Of a DNA stretch of 64,000 bases, positions 1 to 12,115 are shown piece after piece. Below the pieces are notes generated by a model, which was not told the origin of the DNA, made no database searches, and saw nothing but the letters and a program-made list of their open reading frames with translations. The translations under genes and the position numbers were made by a program. Position 1 is the first letter of the stretch; every line of letters begins with the position of its first letter. Source of the stretch: Eledone cirrhosa (taxonomy: Eukaryota); contig OZ024740.1 of assembly GCA_964016885.1 (NCBI GenBank), forward strand, positions 42,470,001 through 42,534,000, written 5' to 3'.

Positions 1-836
1 CAACAATGATTATGATGATAATGATGAAGTTTATGATGACAATAGTGATGATCATGATGATGATAACGATGATTATGGTGGGAATGATGGACCACATGAT
101 CCACACTGGTCTGTCCACTGTATAATATACGCCTTTCTCACATGACTCCACTACTACTTACTATTGAATATGTACAGCGAGTAAGCTAGTGCTTTCACTT
201 AATTTTCACTTGATATTGTTAAGAGGTGTCTATCGTATCATTAAGTTTATATAAATCTTATCATTCATTCAACTTTTATGTCCTGCCCATTTTACTTTAT
301 AGTGTTCATGACTATATTCATGAGAAATATTCTACTTTTGTTATTTTTCCGTATATTTATCTGCCAGTTACTATACATAAAATATTAATTATTATGGGTT
401 ATTTAGGTTATTTAGGTATTCATTACTATTTGTGCTTTTCTTGATGAGATTCAGCAACCATACATAAATGGTAAAAGGAGAAAAAGAAATAAAAGAAAAG
501 CATAAAGAAATTAACCAACGAAAGAAAGGTAAAGGGCGCTAGAGCGACTGATTTTACGCCTCAGTAAGGGCGGATTGTTTCAGTTGCACAGCGCGAACAA
601 AATGGCAAAAGCATTGCCGTGAAGAATGGGCAACAATACTCACTGAAACAGCCACACGAGGCATAAGTTAGATAGATAGATCATGTGCGTAACGGAATAC
701 ATAATGGTGTACGTCTTATTACCCGTTGTCTTAAGTACCACTTGTACGGTACAAAGAAGTGCAGAAGGTAAAATTGGAGAATCGCCCCCACCGCCCAGCC
801 CCTCTCTCTCTAGCTGTCGAAACGGGTCCTTAATCT

Positions 837-918
<82 letters not shown>

Positions 919-1489
919 TAATAAAAGGAATCCAAACTTTGTTTGATTCACTCGTTTTAATTACAATCCTTTAAAATTATAATGATATTATAATGAAATA
1001 GTATGGTAGAATATTAAATGTTTAGTGTTAATTGAACAAATACTTTCATGCTTTCGGAATCTTCAGGTTCATATTCAGTGGTGACATCAAGTTTGCAATT
1101 TTCAACTGTAATGAGATGGGTAAAATCTGTGCCTTATGTACAGTAAAAAGGGGCTACAGAATGCTAAGTTTTGCAAACTGTATTTCGACCAATCGGTATG
1201 TAGTTTCACTAGATTACTAAAGCTGATTGGTTTAGGCGTCACGGTTGGTTGAGCATGTCTAACGACTTCTATTTGACCCTATCCAAAGCGTCAATTGTTT
1301 TGCTATTTTTAGAAATGATGAAAATAGCATTTTCTAGGGTTTTTATTAAAGTTTTTCAGTAATCATCAACATCAACATCACTTTTATTATTATTGTTGTT
1401 GTTGTTAGTGGTGGTAGTCGACATGGTCGTAGGAGTAGTCATAGTAGAAGTAATACCTCTCCTCTAAGCATTATTACTGTTCATTTAGG

Positions 1490-1683
1490 TGAAGGTGGAT
1501 TGGTACTATTGGTAGAGAGTCGGACGCCATGGTTTCCAGCATAGTTACGTCCCTTTACGGTCTGAGTTCAAATCCCGCCGACGTTAACTTTACCATTCAT
1601 CCTTACAGGGTCGATAAAATAAAGTACCAGTAATGTACTGGGTATTTGCTGGCCTTGTGCCAAAAGTAGAAACAATTATTATT
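1490..1683 (+). mobile_element. tRNA-derived SINE (dominant family in the window)
   Basis: A-box-like tggtactattgg, B box gagttcaaatcc, conserved body cattcatccttacagggtcgataaaataaagtaccag and (ATT)n tail. More than 10 copies occur in the window. Confidence 0.9.
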
Positions 1684-1927
1684 GTTCATTTAGCTTGGGT
1701 TGGAATTTATCAATAAAATTCTTTTCTTTAATTTTTCCCTTGATTTCACTTGGGCTGTGTAGTTTGTAGAATGGAAATATTATAAATATTTTCTTTCCAC
1801 ATGTTGCTAGATGGTTACTCAGGGGAATCTGATGAACATTCTGTAGCCCTTTTTACTGTATATAAGGCACAGATTTACCCATCTCATTACAGTTGAAAAT
1901 TGCAAACTTGACTGTCACCACTGAATA

Positions 1928-1966
1928 TGAACCTGAAGATTGCGAAAGCATGAACGTACTTGTTCA
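1928..1966 (+). ncRNA. Type I hammerhead-like motif with almost no stem II (mirror copy at ~1033-1072, minus strand)
   Basis: tgaac CTGAAGA ttgc GAAA gcatgaacgtac TT gttca; stem I is tgaac/gttca. Confidence 0.6.
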
Positions 1967-3408
1967 ATTAACACTTAACATTTACCATACTATCGATTCT
2001 GCAAACCAACCACCCTTGTATTGAATTGAATGATAAAACACATAAGTAGTTTACACAACTACTAAATTCAATTTGCCAATAGCATGATTGTGTTCAAAGT
2101 TTCTGGAAATACCTTCTGAAAATGTAATATGAAGACCAGTGTTAGCTAAATATTTTAAAATCTGGTTTGATATATGAGCAGTTTGCAGGCCAGAACAAAA
2201 GCAAATAGGCTTGCTGAATCTCTCAGTATATTCAACGAAACGTATGATACGGAAAATATATCCGCATCTCTACAATACTAAAGTGCTGTGGTTTCGAGAA
2301 TAATGCTAGCTTGTTGTTGACATTAATATGAAAGAGGCTATAACTAAGAAGGCCATTTATTGTTGTTTAGCCACAAGAAGTAATTAAGTATCATTCGGCC
2401 TACAACTACTATCATTCTAATCCCATTATTCAACGCGTCCTTTCTTTTCCCAAGACATTAAGTAGGATGAAATTCGTGAAAGATTTAACGGCTATTTTAG
2501 TGAAAACATACAGGCTCCTTCATTGGATTTTAATAGTGGACAATTTTACCACATATTTACACTTACAGAAAAATGAAAGTCGTATAAAAGCACGCTTTCA
2601 CATAGGTTTCATCAATGTATATCATCAGAAAGGAACATAGAGACACAGTCACAGAGAGTAATGTGTTCATAGAAAGTGTCATCGGTGTATTCACCATGCT
2701 GGTGCTGGAGCCGATAAAATTAGCAGCCAAATCCCCATCATTTCACATCCTGTTAGCTTGAAAAAAGAAAACACAGATTTATTAATGTAGGTTTTAAACA
2801 TATTCTGTCGGGATTAATTTGACTGGAAGACGTTTGATTTGCTTGATCCCTATTGATAGGAATGATTGGAAGCATATAATCATATTTGATTGCTTAAAAA
2901 TTTGTTTCGATAAATAAAAAGATATTAAGTTTGTTTTCATTCGGTTAAAATTGGAATTAGATGGAAATGGAACCGTGCGAAAGTTGAATACATGTTTAAA
3001 CTAGGATAAAGATTGTTTTATATTAATTTCGCTCTATTATTCTATTGTATAAACAAATGTCAACTAATATTTTCCCACGTGATACTGAAGTAAACGTAGA
3101 AAATTATTCACTTCCTACGGAAACGAGGGAGCAATACTGCAAAAGTAAACAAAATGATAATGCGGTCATTAGAATCCAGAATCTCGCAATATGACACGTG
3201 ACCATTGTTAATATAATCTACATATACACAGCAAGGGTAATGAAACCGTCCATAGCGCACTCCACATTTGTTTTGAATTTTATTGTTACTAATTTTGTTC
3301 TTATTTTAGATATTGCACTTTTCCATAAACCCACACCGTATTGTATTTGTACTGTCCCCTGTGTTATTGTTGTTGTAAACCCTTTGTGCTTGATAAAAAA
3401 ACAACAAT

Positions 3409-3730
3409 AATAATTGTTTCTACTTTTTGGGCACAAGGCCAGCAATTACCAAGTACATTACTGGTACTTTATTTTATCGACCCCGTAAGAATGAAAGGCA
3501 AAACTAATAATGATTTCTAGTATAGGCACAATGCCAGCAATTTTGGGAGAAGGGAAAGTCGATTAAGTCGACCCCAGTGCATTACTGGTGCTTTATTTTA
3601 TCGACGCCATACGGATGAAAAGCAAAGGTAACCTCGGTGGAATTTGAACTCAGATAATAAAGGGGCGTAACTCTATTCTGCAAGGCATGGTCTCTGACGC
3701 TCTAGCTATACTGCCAACCCACCACCCCGC
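3409..3730 (-). mobile_element. Two adjacent SINE copies (3' fragment plus a variant subfamily)
   Basis: Reverse complement of the same SINE body; gaatttgaactc is the B box on the minus strand. Confidence 0.85.
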
Positions 3731-4789
3731 TAATAATAATAATAATGGTTTCTGATGCCAAATACGTTACAGATGAAGCAATATTTGATTAAACGGTTTG
3801 TATTGTATTAAATAATTCTTTCTGATATTAATTTTTTCTATATTTGTCTATTGGACTCTCTCCCTTACCCTCTCTAGTATTTGTGTCTGTTGCTTTTATT
3901 TTTACTTTACCAACATAATTTCCTTAAGCAGCACCTCTCTTGTCCAAACCCAGTACTGCCACCACACGTCTCTGGTAGACCAACGAAATACCATGGATGA
4001 TAGTAGCAGTCTCTTACTATGACCAACAAAATAATATGGTAGCCCAGAATCAGAGAAGAGGCTGAAACATCTTACTATGCCTGGGATGCTGCTGAAATCA
4101 GAGGGTAGCAACAACAGCAATAGTAATGGTGATAATAGGATTAATAATGATGGGGATGGTGGTGGTGATGGTGATAACAATTTCTTTGCTGACTATATCG
4201 TGTTTACACGAAAAAAATATTACGGACAGCTCTAATAATAAAACCCCTGGCACCCGGCGAGGTGTATCTGTGTCTCATGTGCAGAACAAGCTCACTAATC
4301 TTTGTTGATAATTTCCCTGGAGGTGGCATCTTTAACAAAATTACCCCTTCGCAGTGAAGGATAAACGCATAAAGAAGCAACAGAAAAGCCACACAATGAA
4401 CTACTTAAAAAAAGAGCAGGCGTTTTCGTAACTTGGTGGTCACAAATAATTTCTGAACATAGGCGGCCTTAAAGAAAACAAAAAGATATGAAAGCTGTGG
4501 TATACGAAGGACAGTGCCTTCTTGTTCGAGCAACACATACAGAAACAGACAAGAGTGAAAGTAAATGTCACTGTAGTTAAAAGAATGGTGGGGAAATTTT
4601 ACAAATAACAGTTTCAGGATGCCCTATACTTAATTTCCTCCCCCCCCCCACCCCCAGCCGTCACAAAATATGAAGCAGTGACTGTCTGGCTTTCAGCAAT
4701 GAGGAGAAGGAGGGATAAAAGTCTGGGATGGTGTACCATATAATCTACCCATAAGCTTATACTACTATACACGTGTCTGTAAATTGTGA

Positions 4790-5040
4790 CGGCCGGTGGT
4801 ATTGGTTGTGACGTGGGTCATCGTCGGGACAATAGTAAATGAATACAAACAGCTTACAGGAGCACGCATCATCTGAGACTATTCAAGAATCTTGTAAATC
4901 GGCACTTGGAGGAACAGATCCATGTCGGCAACAGGAAATTTCCGTCGCTGGACCCAGAACCCAGTTAAGGAGCTTTGGTTCTGATTGGAACCGGAGTTCC
5001 AGGTGCATAAAGACTGGCAGGATGTTACGATCAGGGTAAC
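4790..5040 (+). pseudogene. Old Tx1/L1-like RT fragment
   Basis: Translates to EYKQLTGARII*...IGTWRNRSM...RWTQNPVK, which matches AYEAVRGAIINQEKSVGLQLGTWRGRSI...HWTDGPVK in the Tx1 element at 13.5 kb. Confidence 0.65.
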
Positions 5041-6277
5041 CCAATCAAAATTAAAGAATGGATTGAAATAAAGCGTTATTACTACCAGATGATGTTAAAA
5101 CACGCATGTTCCTTCGATTTCTATAGAAGTGTCAGGTTTGCTTAGTCCTGAAATCTATTTCTTTGGTAATTTCAGGATATTGTTGCTGATGATTTGAGAC
5201 TGCAGCACCTGACCACCTCGACGAAAACGACTGAAGCGAAAGCTGACTGCTGTGGGCGTCATTCGAGTGACACATCTTTTCGTAGCTCATCTCCTTGTCT
5301 TAAGTGCAGTCGTAGTTCAAGCGGAGACCAAGGTTGAATACTGATAAAAATATGGTTCCTCACTTTTAGACGTCTTAATAATAAATCTGTTTTGTTTGCA
5401 ATCGACCTAAACCTGAGAAGCAATATCGCCGAGGAGTTCAAGTAATTACAGCAGCTGAAACATCAAACAGACAAAAACGAAAACGAAAATTTCATGAAAA
5501 GAAACCAATAATAATAATTTTTTACAGATAGCATTCATACTGGTTAGGAAATGTTCAACGATAATGCAGAGAAACAACAGCAACAACAACACACACACGT
5601 TTTACTGAACGAAAACGTAAGTGGAAATGGAAGCAATTTGCCACCATTACCTGCCGAAAGAAATTTGGAGATACGGATAAAATCCAATTGGAGAAAATAA
5701 TAAGAATCGGTGTGTAACAAAAAGTATGTGTCTCCTTATCCGGAAAATTCCTTAAAGGACAGGCAAGAAGAAAAGTATCAATACCTCTGCTTTGGGAGAA
5801 GTGCCATGAAAAGAGTAACTGAAGCAAACCTTATTAAATGAGAGGGGGATTTTGGTTATCATACACCGAGGACGTATATAAAGCGTATTCAACCTGGTTT
5901 TCACGACCGAGAACGAAGGGATGCTACAAACAGAGGCAGTGCGACACAAATATGCCTCATATCACAATACCTGGGTTAGCGCTATACAAATGTGGTTATC
6001 AGGTGCTGTAGAACGACAGGTTAGGAATACAAAGGTGAGAAAGAATGATATGATCTGGAGGAACTAGTATTAACACAAAGGACAAAGGTCATACCTACAT
6101 CTATAATCGATAGGGTCATTCAAAAGCTGGAAGAGAAATAAGATCCTGAAACTAATTATACAGCGCAGAAAGTCCTATTGTTATGCATGCGGAAATACAA
6201 GTCACATGCATGTCTTTCTGCTCTGAGAAATTAGAAATTAGAACTAGAAGAAGAGCAGAGAAAGGATGAAAATTCTA

Positions 6278-6320
<43 letters not shown>

Positions 6321-7050
6321 CAATGAGTTATTTAATTTGATTTAATTTGTTCATATATAGAAATATAGACATTATTTATATATTAATTAAATAACATATA
6401 TACTCACCAAAACTATCTATATATATATATATGTATAACTAACCTGTTGTAATATAATAAAATATACTTATAACTGCAATCTTCATAAAGTATACTTATA
6501 ACTACAATCTTTATAATATTAAAACACACCAATAGAATAGACCCAATCGTATATATGAATACAATATATCCCTCACATCTTAAATTAATATTCTCTCCCT
6601 ATAACACATTTATTTATAATTCACACATTATATTATAAATACTTCCAAAATATATAATTAAATAATAAAATAAATAAAAATAAATATAATTATTTCATTC
6701 TCTCTACACCCTCACAAATATACTCCGTACAATTATATATATATATTCCTATAAATAGTCTTTTAATAACTTTAATTCTGATAATAACTTTAATATATTT
6801 TTTCTTAAAATATTTCCTTAAATTTTCTTCCACCCTAATAATAACCTCTATTTCCTTTTCTTATAAAAAAAATAATCCTAATAATTATTTAAATTTACCT
6901 AGCGTCTATACATAACGATCTTTTTCAATTTTAACGTTATCCTCATTTGCATATTCATCTTGTGATTTGAAGTACTTCTTCACTATTCAAATAGAACTCA
7001 CAACATTAAGTTCTAGTCTGAATATGTCACTATCTGTAAATCAACTTTTG

Positions 7051-7111
7051 TATTTTATCTGATTAGGGCGTACCAACATTTTGGTATCCTTGAAATATAT
7101 ATAATAAAATA
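7051..7111 (+). ncRNA. Type I minimal hammerhead, family A (core decayed to CTGATTA), at the 3' end of an AT-rich PLE-like UTR
   Basis: tattttat CTGATTA gggcgtaccaa catt ttggtatcctt GAAA tatata TA ataaaata; perfect 8-bp stem I and palindromic loop III. Confidence 0.75.
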
Positions 7112-7169
7112 AATATAGTTTTATAAAGATAGTTTCCATTTAGTAATATTATTGATATATATATATATC

Positions 7170-7357
7170 AATAATTGTTTCTACTTTTGGCACAAGGCCA
7201 GCAATTACCCAGTACATTACTGGTACTTTATTTTATCGACCTCTGTATGGATGAAAGGCAAAGTTAACCTCGGCGAGATTTGAACTCAGATCGTAAAGGG
7301 ACGTAACTATGCTGGAAAGCATATCCGACCCTCTACCGATACTGCCAATTCACCACC
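7170..7357 (-). mobile_element. tRNA-derived SINE
   Basis: Full-length match to the family consensus seen across the window. Confidence 0.9.
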
Positions 7358-7584
7358 CTCTTATATATATATATATATCAATAATATTAATATATATATT
7401 TATATGTATATATATACATGTGTATATATATATACATGTATATATATATATCTATCTATCTAAGGCGGGTAAAATTCCCGAGATCCATGGACCAGTTCTC
7501 TCCAGCGGTCTCTGTCCCTAATTATCGCTGCCATGTCCTGCGTCTCCAACAGACCAGTGTATGTCCTTAGGGCATCAACATACA

Positions 7585-8395
7585 TTATTAAAATAACAGA
7601 TTAAAGTTTAAGCAAAGAATCGCTGCTTTCACCCTTAACAGGATCTTCTGAAACTAACAAAGTCAATCTGTGAACGCAGAAGTGAATATTTCAAAAACAC
7701 GTTGCAACCGGAGGAAGACAAGAAGACGATACTTTGGTTCGTGGAAACGTTCCCTGGCAAAGAACGGGAAAAAACGAATATAATACGTCATTATTTGGAT
7801 CGGTGAAAAACAATTACACGCAAAGACAAAACCACGTTTATGGTATAAAAGAAGTCGTAGACTAATATTCTATTAGGTGGTTCATAGAAACGTTCTCTGG
7901 CAATGAACGGAAAAAAGAAGATAATACGTCATATGTGGAGCAGGGAGAACAATTGCACGCAAAGACAAAACCACGTAAATGGTATAACTGAAGTCGTAGA
8001 CAAGAATTCTAACTAGGAAACCGAATGATTCTCGGCTTCAGAGTTAAGAATAAGACCCTGAAATAAAATACAGAGGTAATTGAAATTAAATGAATACATA
8101 CAAGCATACGCGAAAACACTCGCTATAGGTATACAAATACACGCACGTACACAAAAAAACTCCGAAAAAAACCCGCACTCACTTACAGAAACCACGCAAC
8201 GCCTGTACTCGCACGCATACGAATATATATATATATATACATACACATTTAAATATATATATACACATGTATATATATATATATTTATTAAAATAACAGA
8301 TTAAAGTTTAAGCAAAGAATCGCTGCTTTCACCCTTAACGGGATCTGAATCGAGCCCTCTTTGGATTTTTTAGTCTTCAAATTTATTATTATTAC
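7585..8395 (-). mobile_element. PLE-like terminal region (family K) with an internal ~130-bp tandem duplication and a second short copy at ~8287-8395
   Basis: attaaaataacagattaaagtttaagcaaagaatcgctgctttcaccc occurs at ~7587 and ~8287. Related pieces lie at 41340-41385 and 55131-55387. TA-rich flanks. Confidence 0.6.
7605..7655 (-). ncRNA. Hammerhead-like motif with CAGAAGA core (family K)
   Basis: Reverse complement reads agttt CAGAAGA tcctgttaagggt GAAA gcag cgattct ttgc TT aaact. Confidence 0.6.
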
Positions 8396-8427
8396 TATAT
8401 ATATATCTATATATATATATATATATA

Positions 8428-8845
8428 TAGTATTAGTTATACTATTTATGGTTATGTAAACACAAAACCTTAAGCAGTTGTAAGTATTTTACACACACCC
8501 TAAATAGTGGTAGGCAGTAATGTATTACTACCTTATTACCAGTAAGTTAAGTAGCTCAATGTAAAAACATCAGATGATTTACAGAGCAGTTATATGAAAT
8601 ATAAGAATCAAAGAACTGTTCAAAACATTATTGTGCTTACAGCTGTTTCCTCCAAACCGAGGTTTGGATTCTTCGGAGCAAATTATTAATGCATGGACAG
8701 TTATATGACCTCCTTTTCAGCCGAGAGACATACCGATACATATTCAAACATTGATACATATTCAAACATTGTGGGTCAACATTCATTACAGAATTTAGAG
8801 TGGCAGTACACACTTCGAGATTACATTTATATTAAGAGGTACAAT
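8428..8845 (-). mobile_element. Solo PLE pseudo-LTR fragment (family C) between (TA)n tracts, with an HHR-like motif at 8634-8680
   Basis: Close match to 27701-28100. Reverse complement reads tgct CCGAAGA atccaaac ctcg gtttggag GAAA c agct g TA agca. Confidence 0.8.
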
Positions 8846-9036
8846 CTATATATATATATACATACATATGATGGCTGCCTCCTCGTTATAGAGTATGGCC
8901 ATTGCACGAGAAAAAAACAAGAAAAACATAATAATAACCATAATAATAATAATAACAACAATAATAATAACGACAACAACAACAATAATAATATACATAT
9001 ATATATACACACACGCACACACATAAACATATCTAT

Positions 9037-11975
9037 ACACACACACACGATAGCAATTAACAGCGATGCGATCGAATGTGTATTTTTAGCCCAGCCAAAT
9101 ATCTAAAATGAGTCGGCAACAGAGTCGGCAACCAAAACATTCACTAGGAATAGCCAGCTCTTGTTGGAGTTCATGTACTTTTGCATGTGGTTTGAGCCCT
9201 CCTGCTGATTTACATTCTCTACCACATGCTTCGCAAACATGATGAGTAGCATCTCCAACAGCAGCCTGGTAGTCAACCACTGGTCTTACTTTATGACTGC
9301 GAAGATGACTTTCGAGTCCAGCTTTGTTTAGGCAGAGTCTCGCACAGACGCTGCATGTCAGCACGATAGGATGAACTTCGCCGTCTGGAAGTGCAACAGC
9401 AATGCCCTTCCTCACATCCCGCTTTACTTTCTCGTATGCGATTCGAGATGACTCAAAGGCAACTTTCCCCTCATATACAGTCTTTCTCCATTTATTACGA
9501 TCAGAAGCAATATTTTCCCATGTATCAGCAGAGATGTTAGCGTCTTTCAAAGAGGCTTTCAAGGAATCCTTATACCTCTTTTTTGGTTTATGTGGCGGTC
9601 GTTTTCCTTTAACTAACTCTCCACAAAAGAGTTGTTTTGGTATTCTAGAATCCTTCATCCTGGCAAGGTGATAACTCCAACGGAGTCGTTGTTTAAGCAC
9701 AAGAGCTTCTATACTGTCACACATAGAGCTTTCCAAAATCTCGACATCTCTGTTGTGGTCCCTCCAGTGAACGCCATGGATCCGTCTGAGACACATCTGA
9801 TGGAAACGCTCCAATTGCGTAAGGTTGTGTCGATATGTGACCCAGGTCTCGCAGGCATAAAGAAGAGAAGAGAGCACACATGCCTTGTACACCTTTACCC
9901 TTGCCTTTTGCATATGTCTCGTCGACCCCAGAGTCGCCTTTCTAGCTTTCCGAAAGCATCATTTGCTTTCCTAATCCTGAGTGGGATTACACTATCAAGG
10001 TTGCTGTATCGATTGACAGTGCTTCCCAGGTAGACAAACTGATCAACCACTCCTAGTCGTTTACCATACACATAGATATTTGGTTCACTGTACTGCTTAC
10101 CAGGGGCAGGTTGGCACATGACGACGGTTTTCTTGAGACTGACAGTCAATCCTAGGGCAGTGCAAGCATCAGAAAATGCATTCAAAATGTGCTGCATATC
10201 ACTCTCTGTGTGCGCTACAAGATCGCAATCATCTGCATACAAGAGGTCTCTTATCATTGATGTAAATTCTTTTGTTTTTGCAGCAAAGCGCCTGATTCTA
10301 AATATGCTACCTGATGTTCGATATCGGATGAAAACACCATGCTCGCAATTCCTGAATGCAATACAGAAAACCATTGCAAAGTATATGGCAAACAGGGTAG
10401 GTGCTGGAATATCTCCCTGTTTCACTCCATTTTTTATTGAGATAGGCTCCGACATGTTACCTCCGACATTAACCCAAGCCTTCAGGTCGTCATGGAAAGA
10501 CCTAACTAAAGCAAGGAACTTATCAGGGCAACCAAGTTCCTGGAGAACTTTCAATAATGCATTTCTGTTAACAGTATCGAAAGCCTTTGTCAGATCGACA
10601 AAAACCTGATACAGATCCAAACCTTGTTTCATGCACTTCTCCTGGAGCTGTCTAGCTGAGAAGATCATATGAGTAGTGCCGCGTCCAGCATGAAAACCAG
10701 ATTGACTTTCAGGAAGAACACAATCTGCAATGTGTGTCAGCAGACTGTTCAGAAGCACCCTAGATACAACTTTCCCTACGACAGAAAGCAATGATATACC
10801 TCTGTAGTTCCCACTAACATTCCTGTTACCCTTTCCCATGTACAAGAGCACCATTACTGCATCTCTCTAGTCCTCAGGTACGGACAAATTAGCCCATATC
10901 CTGCCAATCATATCATTCTCATTAAACCAGTCTTGATGTTTTCTCTGCACCAACCTCAGAAAACGCCTGCCTACACCATTAACCGACTTTTTAAGGGTCG
11001 GCCAATCCTCACCAAGATCTGCAACCTGCATCTCTTCTTGCAATGTCCTCTTCACATTTTTATCCTTAAGACGAGCAGCATTCAATCTGCTGGGAAGGGC
11101 AACACCAGGAGCCCGGATTTTACGTTTAGTTATTAGTTTCACTTTTGCGCGTACCAGGCGGTGGTACTCAGCTCCACGAAGAACACGAACACACTGCACA
11201 TCCTGTCTGTCACGCATCCTGGCTAGGACGTAGTCCAAAAGATGCCACTCCTTAGATGCAGGATGCATCCATGTGGTCTTAAATTTGTTCTTTTGTTGGA
11301 ACATGGTGTTGGTAACACACCGATATAGCTCCTCACACATCTGCAGCAGGAGCATACCATTGTTGTTACACTTTCCCACGCCATGCCTTCCGATTACATT
11401 CATGTGTTAAAATCCCTACCCACTCTAGCATTAAAGTCACCAAGCACGATGACTTTGTCTGCCTGAGAGATATTTCTTAAAACACCTTTCAAAGCATGCA
11501 TGGTAAAAGTACACTTTTTCTTCATCGACAGAATTCATAGTTGGAGCATACACACTCACCAGGGTCGCATATCTTCCTTTGTCCAGCGGAATTCTCATGG
11601 ACATAAGACGCTCACTAATCCTCACTGGAAATTCTTCTAATTTATTCACAAGAACAGTCTTAACAGCAAATGCAAATCCTAGCCTCTCTTCTGGTTCCTT
11701 CATCTCTTCCTTTCCAGAAGAATGTATATTCTCCACAAAATTCTGTAAGATGACCATCTCCAGCTAACCTCGTCTCAGATAAAGTTACGATGTCAAGATC
11801 GTAACCTCGAAGCTCCTTTGCAACAAGAGCGGTCCTTCGTTCAGGACGCTCCAAGGAATCCCTATCAAGCAGCGTCCGTACGTTCCAGCAGCCAAGACTA
11901 CATGCCTAGTTTGGCTCTATTACAGTGGCATGATGACGAGTGGGCCCAGGCTGAGATAACCTGGGGCCCCTGCCC
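9037..11975 (-). mobile_element. RTE-clade LINE, decayed (AP endonuclease, RT, C-terminal C2H2 zinc fingers)
   Basis: ORF fragments RTALVAKELRGYDLDIVTLSETR, SVYAPT, NYRGISLLS, FVDLTKAFDTV, GVKQG, LYADD, CSVC..HLRSH. Several frameshifts. (GT)n at the 3' end. Confidence 0.93.
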
Positions 11976-12115
11976 TTATTTCCAAGTATCTCTTTTGTTC
12001 CAGAACGTTTATTGACAATTATCTCTTTTATATTGTTTTGGAGCATCATTGAATTGGGAAAAGAAAAGAAAAAAAATGTAATAATAATAGTAACAATAAT
12101 AATAATAATAATAAT

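Larger units (their letters stand above)
998..1993. repeat. Inverted repeat (arms ~998-1163 and ~1837-1993), probable PLE pseudo-LTR fold-back; spacer contains a SINE
   Basis: The right arm cattctgtagccc...gttcaattaacacttaacatttaccatactat is the reverse complement of the left arm. Both arms carry a CTGAAGA...GAAA core. Confidence 0.85.

Noticed and set aside
755-835. gtcGAAAcgggTC half-hammerhead before (CA)n
   Set aside because: The upstream core is CAGAAGG with poor stem II pairing; single copy, so it cannot be supported.
4839-5039. Possible host exon (66-aa ORF)
   Set aside because: Another frame matches the Tx1 RT, so it is better explained as a LINE remnant.
5177-5312. CTGATGA...GAAA possible hammerhead
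   Set aside because: Stem II is weak and I could not build a consistent stem I next to a cleavage triplet.
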